A stretch of 64,000 bases of DNA, taken from Lytechinus pictus. Its lineage: Eukaryota. Location of the stretch: assembly GCF_037042905.1 (NCBI RefSeq), contig NW_026974140.1, forward strand, positions 310,001-374,000, read 5' to 3'. Below are positions 34,025-48,400 of this stretch, piece after piece (positions within the stretch are counted from its first letter, which is position 1; every line of letters starts with the position of its first letter). The notes under the pieces were generated by a model. The model made no database searches. It saw only the letters and a program-made list of their open reading frames with translations, and had not been told where the DNA came from. A program made the position numbers and the translations under genes.

Positions 34025-37000
34025 TCTACCTACACACCCTAATTTTTTTTATAAATCTGTTGAATATTTTATAAGTTATTATGAGGAATCCAACTCGCAT
34101 ATTTAATGACCCGGTGTAGTGGTCCACCTGCATTTCCCCAACCAGTTATCAGGAGAATCCTGCGGGTCACAGTTCTGTATGCACGCCCTTGTAGGCGACC
34201 CAGATTGGCTGGCTCTTCCAATATGCCTTTGAATGTCTTTGACAGATATATGGTGCTATACAAATACTGTGCATCATCTACCTACACACCCAATTTTTTT
34301 TTTCTGTTCAATATATTTCATAAGATATCTTTAAGGAGCTGTGATCTTTGACCTGCATACTCCGAATTTAAACTTAGCCTGTATTGGTATCATCTACAGT
34401 GTACCTACACACTCAAATTTGTTTGAATATGTAGATTTTTTTATAAGTTATCATGCGGAAACTAAATTGCATATTTAATGACCCGTGACCTTTGGCCTGC
34501 CGACTACGAATTCGAACTTAGCCTGTATTTTGGTGTCATCTACCTACACGCCCTAATTTTTTATAAATCTGTTGAATATTTTATAAGATATCATGAGGAA
34601 ACCAACTCGCATATTTAATGAGCTGTGATCTTTGACCTGCATACTCCGAATTCAAACTTAGCCTTATCATCTACAGTGTACCTACACTCAAATTTGTTTA
34701 AATATGTAGAATACTTTATAAGTTATCATGCGGAAACTAAATTGCATATTTAATGAGCCGTGACCTTTGGCCTGCCGACTACGAATTCGAACTGAGCCTG
34801 TATTTTGGTGTCATCTACCTACATACCCTAACATTTTATAAATTTGTTGAATATTTTATAAGTTATTATGAGGAATCCAACTCGCATATTTAATGACCCG
34901 GTGTAGTGGTCCACCTGCATTTCCCCAACCAATTATCAGGAGAATCCTGCGGGTCACAGTTCTGTGTGCACGCCCTTGTAGGCGACCCAGATTGGCTGGC
35001 TCCTCCAATATGCCTTTGAATGTCTTTGACAGATATATGGTGCTATACAAATACTGTGCATCATAATCATCTACCTACACACCCAATATTTTTTTTATAA
35101 ATCTGTTGAATATTTCATATCTTTAAGGAGCTGTGATCTTTGACCGGCATACTCCGAATTCAAACTTAGCCTGTATTGGTATCATCTCCAGTGTACCTAC
35201 ACACCCAAATTTGTTTAAATATGTAGAATATTTTATTAGTTATCATGCGGAAACTAAATTGCATATTTAATGAGCCGTGACCTTTGGCCTGCCGACTACA
35301 AATTAGAACTTAGCCTGTATTTTGGTGTCATCTACCTACACACCCTAATTCTTTATAGATCTGTTTAATATTTTATAAGTTATTATGAGGAAACCAACTC
35401 GCATATTTAATGACCCAGTGTAGTGGTCCACCTGCATTCCCCCATCCAGTTATCAGGAGAGACATGCGGGTCACAGTTCTGTGTGCGCGTCATTGTAGAC
35501 GACCCAGATTGGCTGGCTCCTCCAACATGCCTTTGAATGTCTTTGACAGATATATGGTGCTATACAAATACTGTGCATCATCTACCTACACACCCAACTT
35601 TTTTTTTTATGTTCAATATATTTCATTATATATCTTTAAGGAGCTGTGATCTTTGACCTGCATACTCCGAATTTAAACTTAGCCTGTATTGGTATCATCT
35701 ACAGTGTACCTACACACTCAAATTTGTTTAAATATGTAGAATTTTTTATAAGTTATCATGCGGAAACTAAATTGCATATTTAATGACCCGTGACCTTTGG
35801 CCTGCCGACTACGAATTCGAACTTAGCCTGTATTTTGGTGTCATCTACCTACATACCCTAACATTGTATACATTTGTTGAATATTTTATAAGTTATTATG
35901 AGGAATACAACTTGCATATTTAATGACCCGGTGTAGTGGTCCACCTGCATTCCCCCAACCAGTTATCAAGAAAATCCTGCGGGTCACAGTTCTGTGTGCA
36001 CGCCCTTGTAGGCGACCCAGATTGGCTGGCTCCTCCAATATGCCTTTGAATGTCTTTGACAGATATATTGTGCTATAAAAATAATGTGCATCATCTACCT
36101 ACACACCCACATTTTTTTTTAAATCTGTTCAATATATTTCATGAGATATCTTTAAAGAGCTGTGATCTTTGACCTGTATACTCCGAATTTAAACTTAGCC
36201 TGTATTGGTATCATCTACAGTGTACCTACACACTCAAATTTGTTTAAATATGTAGAATATTTTATAAGTTATCATGCAGAAACTAAATTGCATATTTAAT
36301 GACCCGTGACCTTTATCCTGCCGACTACGAATTCGAACTTAGCCTCTATGTTGGTGTCATCTACCTACACACCCTAATTTTTTTATAAATCTGTTGAATA
36401 TTTTATAAGTTATTATGAGGAATCCAACTCGCATATTTAATGACCCGGTGTAGTGGTCCACCTGCATTTCCCCAACCAGTTATCAGGAGAATCCTGCGGG
36501 TCACAGTTCTCTGTGCACGCCCTTGTAGGCGACCCAGATTGGCTGGCTCCTCCAATATGCCTTTGAATGTCTTTGACAGATATATGGTGCTATACAAATA
36601 CTGTGCAACATAATCATCTACCTACACACCCAATTTTTTTTTTATAAATCTGTTGAATATTTCATATCTTTAAGGAGCTGTGATCTTTGACCGGCATACT
36701 CCGAATTCAAACTTAGCCTGTATTGGTATCATCTCCAGTGTACCTACACACTCAAATTTGTTTAAATATGTAGAATATTTTATAAGTTATTATGCGGAAA
36801 CTAAATTGCATATTTAATGAGCCGTGACCTTTGGCCTGCCGACTTCAAATTCGAACTTAGCCTGTATTTTGGTGTCATCCACCTACACACCCTAATTCTT
36901 TATAAATCTGTTGAATATTTTATAAGTTATTTTGAGGAAACCAACTCGCCTATTTAATGACCCAGTGTAGTGGTCCACCTGCATTCCCCCAACCAGTTAT

Positions 37001-39369
37001 CAGGAGAGACATGCGGGTCACAGTTCTGTGTGCGCGTCCTTGTAGGCGACCCAGATTGGCTGGCTCCTCCAATATGCCTTTGAATGTCTTTGACAGATAT
37101 AGGGTGCTTTACAAATACTGTGCATCATCTACCTACACACCCAAATTTTTTTTTAATCTGTTCAATATATTTCATAAGATATCTTTAAGGAGCTGTGATC
37201 TTTGACCTGCATACTCCGAATTCAAACTTAGCCTGTATTGGTATCATCTACAGTGTACCTACACACCCAAATTTGTTTAAATATGTAGAATATTTTATTA
37301 GTTATCATGCGGAAACTAAATTGCATATTTAATGAGCCGTGACCTTTGGCCTGCCGACTTCAAATTCGAACTTAGCCTGTATTTTGGTGTCATCTACCTA
37401 CACACCCTAATTCTTTATAGATCTGTTTAATATTTTATAAGTTATTATGAGGAAACCAACTCGCATATTTAATGACCCAGTGTAGTGGTCCACCTGCATT
37501 CCCCCATCCAGTTATCAGGAGAGACATGCGGGTCACAGTTCTGTGTGCGCGTCCTTGTAGGCGACCCAGATTGGCTGGCTCCTCCAACATGCCTTTGAAT
37601 GTCTTTGACAGATATATGGTGCTATACAAATACTGTGCATCATCTACCTACACACCCAACTTTTTTTTTAATGTTCAATATATTTCATAAGATATCTTTA
37701 AGGAGCTGTGATCTTTGACCTGAATACTCCGAATTCAAACTTAGCCTGTATTGGTATCATCTACAGTGTACCTACACACTCAAATTTGTTTAAATATGTA
37801 GAATTTTTTATAAGTTATCATGCGGAAACTAAATTGCATATTTAATGACCCGTGACCTTTGGCCTGCCGACTACGAATTCGAACTTAGCCTGTATTTTGG
37901 TTTCATCTACCTACATACCCTAACATTTTATAAATTTGTTGAATATTTTATAAGTTATTATGAGGAATTCAACTCGCATATTTAATGACCCGGTGTAGTG
38001 GTCCACCTGCATTTCCCCGACCAGTTATCAGGCGAATCCTGCGGGTCACAATTCTGTGTGCACGCCCTTGTAGGCGACCCAGATTGGCTGGCTCCTCCAA
38101 TATGCCTTTGAATGTCTTTGACAGATATATGGTGCTATACAAATACTGTGCATCATCTACCTACACACCCAATATTTTTTTTTATAAATCTGTTGAATAT
38201 TTCATATCTTTAAGGAGTTATGATCTTTGACCGGCATACTCCGAATTCAAACTTAGCCTGTATTGGTATCATCTCCAGTGTACCTACACACTCAAATTTG
38301 TTTTAATATGTAGAATATTTTATAAGTTATCATGCGGAAACTAAATTGCATATTTAATGAACCGTGACCTTTGGCCTGCCGACTACGAATTCGAACTTAG
38401 GCGGTATTTTGGCAAATTTGGTGTCATCTACCTACACACCCTAATGTTTTATAAATCTGTTGAATATTTTATAAGATATCATGAGGAAACCAACTCGCAT
38501 ATTTAATGAGCTGTGATCTTTGACCTGCATACTCCGAATTCAAACTTAGCCTTATCATCTACAGTGTACCTACACACTTAAATTTGTTTAAATATGTAGA
38601 ATACTTTATAAGTTATCATGAGGAAACTAAATTGCATATTTAATGAGCCGTGACCTTTGGCCTGCCGACTAAGAATTCAAACTTAGCCTGTATTTTGGTG
38701 TCATCTACCTACACACCCTAATTTTTTATAAATCTGTTGAATATTTTATAAGTTATTATGAGGAAACCATTTCGAAAATTTTATGACCCGGTGTAGTGGT
38801 CCACCTGCATTCCCCCAACCAGTTATTGGGAGAGACCTGTGGGTCTCAGTTTTGTGTGCACGCCCTTATAGGCGACCCAGATTGGCTGGCTCCTCCAATA
38901 TGCATTTGAATGTCTTTGACAGATATATGGTGTTATACAAATACTGTGCATCATAATCATCTACCTACACACCCAATATTTTTTTTATAAATCTGTTGAA
39001 TATTTCATATCTTTAAGGAGCTGTGATCTTTGACCGGCATACTCGGAATTCAAACTTAGCCTGTGTTGGTATCATCTCCAGTGTACCTACACACTCAAAT
39101 TTGTTTAAATATGTAGAATATTTTATAAGTTATCATGCAGAAACTAAATTGCATATTTAATGAGCCGTGACCTTTATCCTGCCGACTACGAATTCGAACT
39201 TAGCCTGTATGTTGGTGTCATCTACCTACACACCCTAATTTTTTTATAAATCTATTGAATATTTTATAAGATATCATGAGGAAACCAACTCGAATATTTA
39301 ATGAGCAGTGATCTTTGACCTGCATACTCCGAATTCAAACTTAGCCTGTATTTTGGTGTCATCTACCTA

Positions 39370-39483
39370 CAGTGGCGGACCGTGACCCGGAGGAGACAAA
39401 GCATTGGAGGGGCACTGTATTGTTTGTGAACAATGCTGTGCCCCACCAATGCTTTGTCTCCTCCGGGTCACGGTCCGCCACTG
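39370..39483. mobile_element. Second copy of the 114-bp fold-back MITE
   Basis: Same sequence with one substitution (CCCCACC vs CCCCTCC). Same TSD TCTACCTA at 39362-39369 and 39484-39491, at the same position in subunit B. Confidence 0.93.
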
Positions 39484-42400
39484 TCTACCTACACACCCTA
39501 ATTTTTTTTATAAATCTGTTGAATATTTTATAAGTTATTATGAGGAATCCAACTCGCATATTTAATGACCCGGTGTAGTGGTCCACCTGCATTTCCCCAA
39601 CCAGTTATCAGGAGAATCCTGCGGGTCACAGTTCTGTATGCACGCCCTTGTAGGCGACCCAGATTGGCTGGCTCTTCCAATATGCCTTTGAATGTCTTTG
39701 ACAGATATATGGTGCTATACAAATACTGTGCATCATCTACCTACACACCCAATTTTTTTTTTCTGTTCAATATATTTCATAAGATATCTTTAAGGAGCTG
39801 TGATCTTTGACCTGCATACTCCGAATTTAAACTTAGCCTGTATTGGTATCATCTACAGTGTACCTACACACTCAAATTTGTTTGAATATGTAGATTTTTT
39901 TATAAGTTATCATGCGGAAACTAAATTGCATATTTAATGACCCGTGACCTTTGGCCTGCCGACTACGAATTCGAACTTAGCCTGTATTTTGGTGTCATCT
40001 ACCTACACGCCCTAATTTTTTATAAATCTGTTGAATATTTTATAAGATATCATGAGGAAACCAACTCGCATATTTAATGAGCTGTGATCTTTGACCTGCA
40101 TACTCCGAATTCAAACTTAGCCTTATCATCTACAGTGTACCTACACTCAAATTTGTTTAAATATGTAGAATACTTTATAAGTTATCATGCGGAAACTAAA
40201 TTGCATATTTAATGAGCCGTGACCTTTGGCCTGCCGACTACGAATTCGAACTGAGCCTGTATTTTGGTGTCATCTACCTACATACCCTAACATTTTATAA
40301 ATTTGTTGAATATTTTATAAGTTATTATGAGGAATCCAACTCGCATATTTAATGACCCGGTGTAGTGGTCCACCTGCATTTCCCCAACCAATTATCAGGA
40401 GAATCCTGCGGGTCACAGTTCTGTGTGCACGCCCTTGTAGGCGACCCAGATTGGCTGGCTCCTCCAATATGCCTTTGAATGTCTTTGACAGATATATGGT
40501 GCTATACAAATACTGTGCATCATAATCATCTACCTACACACCCAATATTTTTTTTATAAATCTGTTGAATATTTCATATCTTTAAGGAGCTGTGATCTTT
40601 GACCGGCATACTCCGAATTCAAACTTAGCCTGTATTGGTATCATCTCCAGTGTACCTACACACCCAAATTTGTTTAAATATGTAGAATATTTTATTAGTT
40701 ATCATGCGGAAACTAAATTGCATATTTAATGAGCCGTGACCTTTGGCCTGCCGACTACAAATTAGAACTTAGCCTGTATTTTGGTGTCATCTACCTACAC
40801 ACCCTAATTCTTTATAGATCTGTTTAATATTTTATAAGTTATTATGAGGAAACCAACTCGCATATTTAATGACCCAGTGTAGTGGTCCACCTGCATTCCC
40901 CCATCCAGTTATCAGGAGAGACATGCGGGTCACAGTTCTGTGTGCGCGTCATTGTAGGCGACCCAGATTGGCTGGCTCCTCCAACATGCCTTTGAATGTC
41001 TTTGACAGATATATGGTGCTATACAAATACTGTGCATCATCTACCTACACACCCAACTTTTTTTTTATGTTCAATATATTTCATTATATATCTTTAAGGA
41101 GCTGTGATCTTTGACCTGCATACTCCGAATTTAAACTTAGCCTGTATTGGTATCATCTACAGTGTACCTACACACTCAAATTTGTTTAAATATGTAGAAT
41201 TTTTTATAAGTTATCATGCGGAAACTAAATTGCATATTTAATGACCCGTGACCTTTGGCCTGCCGACTACGAATTCGAACTTAGCCTGTATTTTGGTGTC
41301 ATCTACCTACATACCCTAACATTGTATACATTTGTTGAATATTTTATAAGTTATTATGAGGAATACAACTCGCATATTTAATGACCCGGTGTAGTGGTCC
41401 ACCTGCATTCCCCCAACCAGTTATCAAGAAAATCCTGCGGGTCACAGTTCTGTGTGCACGCCCTTGTAGGCGACCCAGATTGGCTGGCTCCTCCAATATG
41501 CCTTTGAATGTCTTTGACAGATATATTGTGCTATAAAAATAATGTGCATCATCTACCTACACACCCACATTTTTTTTTAAATCTGTTCAATATATTTCAT
41601 GAGATATCTTTAAAGAGCTGTGATCTTTGACCTGTATACTCCGAATTTAAACTTAGCCTGTATTGGTATCATCTACAGTGTACCTACACACTCAAATTTG
41701 TTTAAATATGTAGAATATTTTATAAGTTATCATGCAGAAACTAAATTGCATATTTAATGACCCGTGACCTTTATCCTGCCGACTACGAATTCGAACTTAG
41801 CCTCTATGTTGGTGTCATCTACCTACACACCCTAATTTTTTAATAAATCTGTTGAATATTTCATAAGTTATTATGAGGAATCCAGCTCGCATATTTAATG
41901 ACCCGGTGTAGTGGTCCACCTGCATTTCCCCAACCAGTTATCAGGAGAATCCTGCGGGTCACAGTTCTCTGTGCACGCCCTTGTAGGCGACCCAGATTGG
42001 CTGGCTCCTCCAATATGCCTTTGAATGTCTTTGACAGATATATGGTGCTATACAAATACTGTGCAACATAATCATCTACCTACACACCCAATTTTTTTTT
42101 ATAAATCTGTTGAATATTTCATATCTTTAAGGAGCTGTGATCTTTGACCGGCATACTCCGAATTCAAACTTAGCCTGTATTGGTATCATCTCCAGTGTAC
42201 CTACACACTCAAATTTGTTTAAATATGTAGAATATTTTATAAGTTATTATGCGGAAACTAAATTGCATATTTAATGAGCCGTGACCTTTGGCCTGCCGAC
42301 TTCAAATTCGAACTTAGCCTGTATTTTGGTGTCATCCACCTACACACCCTAATTCTTTATAAATCTGTTGAATATTTTATAAGTTATTTTGAGGAAACCA

Positions 42401-45400
42401 ACTCGCATATTTAATGACCCAGTGTAGTGGTCCACCTGCATTCCCCCAACCAGTTATCAGGAGAGACATGCGGGTCACAGTTCTGTGTGCGCGTCCTTGT
42501 AGGCGACCCAGATTGGCTGGCTCCTCCAATATGCCTTTGAATGTCTTTGACAGATATATGGTGCTTTACAAATACTGTGCATCATCTACCTACACACCCA
42601 AATTTTTTTTTTAATCTGTTCAATATATTTCATAAGATATCTTTAAGGAGCTGTGATCTTTGACCTGCATACTCCGAATTCAAACTTAGCCTGTATTGGT
42701 ATCATCTACAGTGTACCTACACACCCAAATTTGTTTAAATATGTAGAATATTTTATTAGTTATCATGCGGAAACTAAATTGCATATTTAATGAGCCGTGA
42801 CCTTTGGCCTGCCGACCTCAAATTAGAACTTAGCCTGTATTTTGGTGTCATCTACCTACACACCCTAATTCTTTATAGATCTGTTGAATATTTTATAAGT
42901 TATTATGAGGAAACCAACTCGCATATTTAATGACCCAGTGTAGTGGTCCACCTGCATTCCCCCAACCAGTTATCAAGAGAATCCTGCGGGTCACAGTTCT
43001 GTGTGCACGCCCTTGTAGGCGACCCAGATTGGCTGGCTCCTCCAATATGCCTTTGAATGTCTTTGACAGATATATGGTGCTATACAAATAATGTGCATCA
43101 TCTACCTACACACCCACATTTTTTTTAAAATCTGTTCAATATATTTCATGAGATATCTTTAAAGAGCTGTGATCTTTGACATGCATACTCCGAATTTAAA
43201 CTTAGCCTGTATTGGTATCATCTACAGTGTACCTACACACTCAAATTTGTTTAAATATGTAGAATATTTTATAAGTTATCATGCAGAAACTAAATTGCAT
43301 ATTTAATGAGCCGTGACCTTTATCCTGCCGACTACGAATTCGAACTTAGCCTCTATGTTGGTGTCATCTACCTACACATCCTAATTTTTTTATAAATCTG
43401 TTGAATATTTTATAAGTTATTATGAGGAATCCAACTCGCATATTTAATGACCCGGTGTAGTGGTCCACCTGCATTTCCCCAACCAGTTATCAGGAGAATC
43501 CTGCGGGTCACAGTTCTGTGTGCACGCCCTTGTAGGCGACCCAGATTGGCTGGCTCCTCCAATATGCCTTCGAATGTCTTTGACAGATATATGGTGCTAT
43601 ACAAATACTGTGCATCATAATCATCAACCTACACACCCAATATTTTTTTTTATAAATCTGTTGAATATTTCATATCTTTAAGGAGCTGTGATCTTTGACC
43701 GGCATACTCCGAATTCAAACTTAGCCTGTATTGGTATCATCTCCAGTGTACCTACACACTCAAATTTGTTTAAATATGTAGAATATTTTATAAGTTATTA
43801 TGCGGAAACTAAATTGCATATTTAATGAGCCGTGACCTTTGGCCTGCCGACTTCAAATTCGAACTTAGCCTGTATTTTGGTGTCATCTACCTACACACCC
43901 TAATTCTTTATAAATCTGTTGAATAGTTTATAAGTTATTATGAGGAAACCAACTCGCATATTTAATGACCCAGTGTAGTGGTCCGACTGCATTCCCCCAA
44001 CAGGTTATCAGGAGAGACATGCGGGTCACAGTTCTGTGTGCGCGTCCTTGTAGGCTACCCAGATTGGCTGGCTCCTCCAATATGCCTTTGAATGTCTTTG
44101 ACAGATATATGGTGCTTTACAAATACTGTGCATCATCTACCTACACACCCAAATTTTTTTTTTAATTTGTTCAATATATTTCATAAGATATCTTTAAGGA
44201 GCTGTGATCTTTAACCTGCATACTCCGAATTTAAACTTAGCCTGTATTGGTATCATCTACAGTGTACCTACACACTCAAATTTGTTTAAATATGTAGAAT
44301 ATTTTATAAGTTATTATGCGGAAACTAAATTGCATATTTAATGAGCCGTGACCTTTGGCCTGCCGACTTCAAATTCGAACTTAGCCTGTATTTTGGTGTC
44401 ATCCACCTACACACCCTAATTCTTTATAAATCTGTTGAATATTTTATAAGTTATTTTGAGGAAACCAACTCGCATATTTAATGACCCAGTGTAGTGGTCC
44501 ACCTGCATTCCCCCAACCAGTTATCAGGAGAGACATGCGGGTCACAGTTCTGTGTGCGCGTCCTTGTAGGCGACCCAGATTGGCTGGCTCCTCCAATATG
44601 CCTTTGAATGTCTTTGACAGATATATGGTGCTTTACAAATACTGTGCATCATCTACCTACACACCCACATTTTTTTTTAATCTGTTCAATATATTTCATA
44701 AGATATCTTTAAGGAGCTGTGATCTTTGACCTGCATACTCCGAATTTAAACTTAGCCTGTATTGGTATCATCTACAGTGTACCTACACACTCAAATTTGT
44801 TTACATATGTAGAATATTTTATAAGTTATCATGCGGAAACTAAATTGCATATTTAATGAGCCGTGACCTTTGGCCTGCGGACTACGAATTCGAACTAAGC
44901 CGATATTTTGGCAAATTTTGTGTCATCTACCTACACACCCTAATGTTTTATAAATCTGTTGAATATTTTATAAGATATCATGAGGAAACCAACTCGCATA
45001 TTTAATGAGCTGTGATCTTTGACCTACATACTCCGAATTTAAACTTAGCCTTATCATCTACAGTGTACCTACACACTCAAATTTGTTTAAATATGTAGAA
45101 TATTTTATTCGTTATCGTGCGGAAACTAAATTGCATATTTAATGAGCCGTGACCTTTGGCCTGCCGACTACAAATTAGAACTTAGCCTGTATTTTGGTGT
45201 CATCTACCTAAACACCCTAATTCTTTATAGATCTGTTGAATATTTTATAAGTTATTATGAGGAAACCAACTCGCATATTTAATGACCCAGTGTAGTGGTC
45301 CACCTGCATTCCCCCAACCAGTTATCAGGAGAGACATGCGGGTCACAGTTCTGTGTGCGCGTCCTTGTAGGCGACCAAGATTGGCTGGCTCCTCCAATAT

Positions 45401-48400
45401 GCCTTTAAATGTCTTTGACAGATATATGGTGCTATACAAATACTGTGCATCATCTACCTACACACCCAATTTTTTTTTTTCTGTTCAATATATTTCATAA
45501 GATATCTTTAAGGAACTGTGATCTTTGACCTGCATACTCCGAATTTAAACTTAGCCTGTATTGTTATCATCTACAGTGTACCTACACACTCAAATTTGTT
45601 TAAATATGTATAATTTTTTATAAGTTATCATGCGGAAACTAAATTGCATATTTAATGACCCGTGACCTTTGGCCTGCCGACTACGAATTCGAACTTAGCC
45701 TGTATTTTGGTGTCATCTACCTACATACCCTAACATTTTATAATTTTTTTGAATATTTTATAAGTTATTATGAGGAATCCAACTCGCATATTTAATGACC
45801 CGGTGTAGTGGTCCACCTGCATTCCCCCAACCAGTTATCAAGAGAATCCTGCGGGTCACAGTTCTGTGTGCACGCCCTTGTAGGCGACCCAGATTGGCTG
45901 GCTCCTCCAATATGCCTTTGAATGTCTTTGACAGATATATGGTGCTATACAAAAAATGTGCATCATCTACCTACACACCCACATTTTTTTTTAAATCTGT
46001 TCAATATATTTCATGAGATATCTTTAAAGAGCTGTGATCTTTGACCTGCATACTCCGAATTTAAACTTAGCCTGTATTGGTATCATCTACAGTGTACCTA
46101 CACACTCAAATTTGTTTAAATATGTAGAATATTTTATAAGTTATCATGCAGAAACTAAATTGCATATTAAATGAGCCGTGACCTTTATCCTGCCGACTAC
46201 GAATTCGAACTTAGCCTGTATGTTGGTGTCATCTACCTACGCACCCTAATTTTTTTATAAATCTGTTGAATAGTTTATAAGTTATTATGAGGAATCCAAC
46301 TCGCATATTTAATGACCCGGTGTAGTGGTCCACCTGCATTTCCCCAACCAGTTATCAGGAGAATCCTGCGGGTCACAGTTCTGTGTGCACGCCCTTGTAG
46401 GCGACCCAGATTGGCTGGCTCCTCCAATATGCCTTTGAATGTCTTTGACAGATACATGGTGCTATACAAATACTGTGCATCATAATCATCTACCTACACA
46501 CCCAATATTTTTTTTATAAATCTGTTGAATATTTCATATCTTTAAGGAGCTGTGATCTTTGACCGGCATACTCCGAATTCATACTTAGCCTGTATTGGTA
46601 TCATCTCCAGTGTACCTACACACTCAAATTTGTTTAAATATGTAGAATATTTTATTAGTTATCATGCGGAAACTAAATTGCATATTTAATGAGCCGTGAC
46701 CTTTGGCCTGCCGACCTCAAATTAGAACTTAGCCTGTATTTTGGTGTCATCTACCTACACACCCTAATTCTTTATAGATCTGTTGAATATTTTATAAGTT
46801 ATTATGAGGAAACCAACTCGCATATTTAATGACCCAGTGTAGTGGTCCACCTGCATTCCCCCAACCAGTTATCAAGAGAATCCTGCGGGTCACAGTTCTG
46901 TGTGCACGCCCTTGTAGGCGACCCAGATTGGCTGGCTCCTCCAATATGCCTTTGAATGTCTTTGACAGATATATGGTGCTATACAAATAATGTGCATCAT
47001 CTACCTACACACCCACATTTTTTTTAAAATCTGTTCAATATATTTCATGAGATATCTTTAAAGAGCTGTGATCTTTGACATGCATACTCCGAATTTAAAC
47101 TTAGCCTGTATTGGTATCATCTACAGTGTACCTACACACTCAAATTTGTTTAAATATGTAGAATATTTTATAAGTTATCATGCAGAAACTAAATTGCATA
47201 TTTAATGAGCCGTGACCTTTATCCTGCCGACTACGAATTCGAACTTAGCCTCTATGTTGGTGTCATCTACCTACACATCCTAATTTTTTTATAAATCTGT
47301 TGAATATTTTATAAGTTATTATGAGGAATCCAACTCGCATATTTAATGACCCGGTGTAGTGGTCCACCTGCATTTCCCCAACCAGTTATCAGGAGAATCC
47401 TGCGGGTCACAGTTCTGTGTGCACGCCCTTGTAGGCGACCCAGATTGGCTGGCTCCTCCAATATGCCTTTGAATGTCTTTGACAGATATATGGTGCTATA
47501 CAAATACTGTGCATCATAATCATCAACCTACACACCCAATATTTTTTTTTATAAATCTGTTGAATATTTCATATCTTTAAGGAGCTGTGATCTTTGACCG
47601 GCATACTCCGAATTCAAACTTAGCCTGTATTGGTATCATCTCCAGTGTACCTACACACTCAAATTTGTTTAAATATGTAGAATATTTTATAAGTTATTAT
47701 GCGGAAACTAAATTGCATATTTAATGAGCCGTGACCTTTGGCCTGCCGACTTCAAATTCGAACTTAGCCTGTATTTTGGTGTCATCTACCTACACACCCT
47801 AATTCTTTATAAATCTGTTGAATAGTTTATAAGTTATTATGAGGAAACCAACTCGCATATTTAATGACCCAGTGTAGTGGTCCGACTGCATTCCCCCAAC
47901 CAGTTATCAGGAGAGACATGCGGGTCACAGTTCTGTGTGCGCGTCCTTGTAGGCTACCCAGATTGGCTGGCTCCTCCAATATGCCTTTGAATGTCTTTGA
48001 CAGATATATGGTGCTTTACAAATACTGTGCATCATCTACCTACACACCCAAATTTTTTTTTAAATTTGTTCAATATATTTCATAAGATATCTTTAAGGAG
48101 CTGTGATCTTTAACCTGCATACTCCGAATTTAAACTTAGCCTGTATTGGTATCATCTACAGTGTACCTACACACTCAAATTTTTTTAAATATGTATAATT
48201 TTTTATAAGTTATCATGCGGAAACTAAATTGCATATTTAATGACCCGTGACCTTTGGCCTGCCGACTACGAATTCGAACTTAGCCTGTATTTTGGTGTCA
48301 TCTACCTACATACCCTAACATTTTATAAATTTGTTGAATATTTTATAAGTTATTATGAGGAATCCAACTCGCATATTTAATGACCCGGTGTAGTGGTCCA

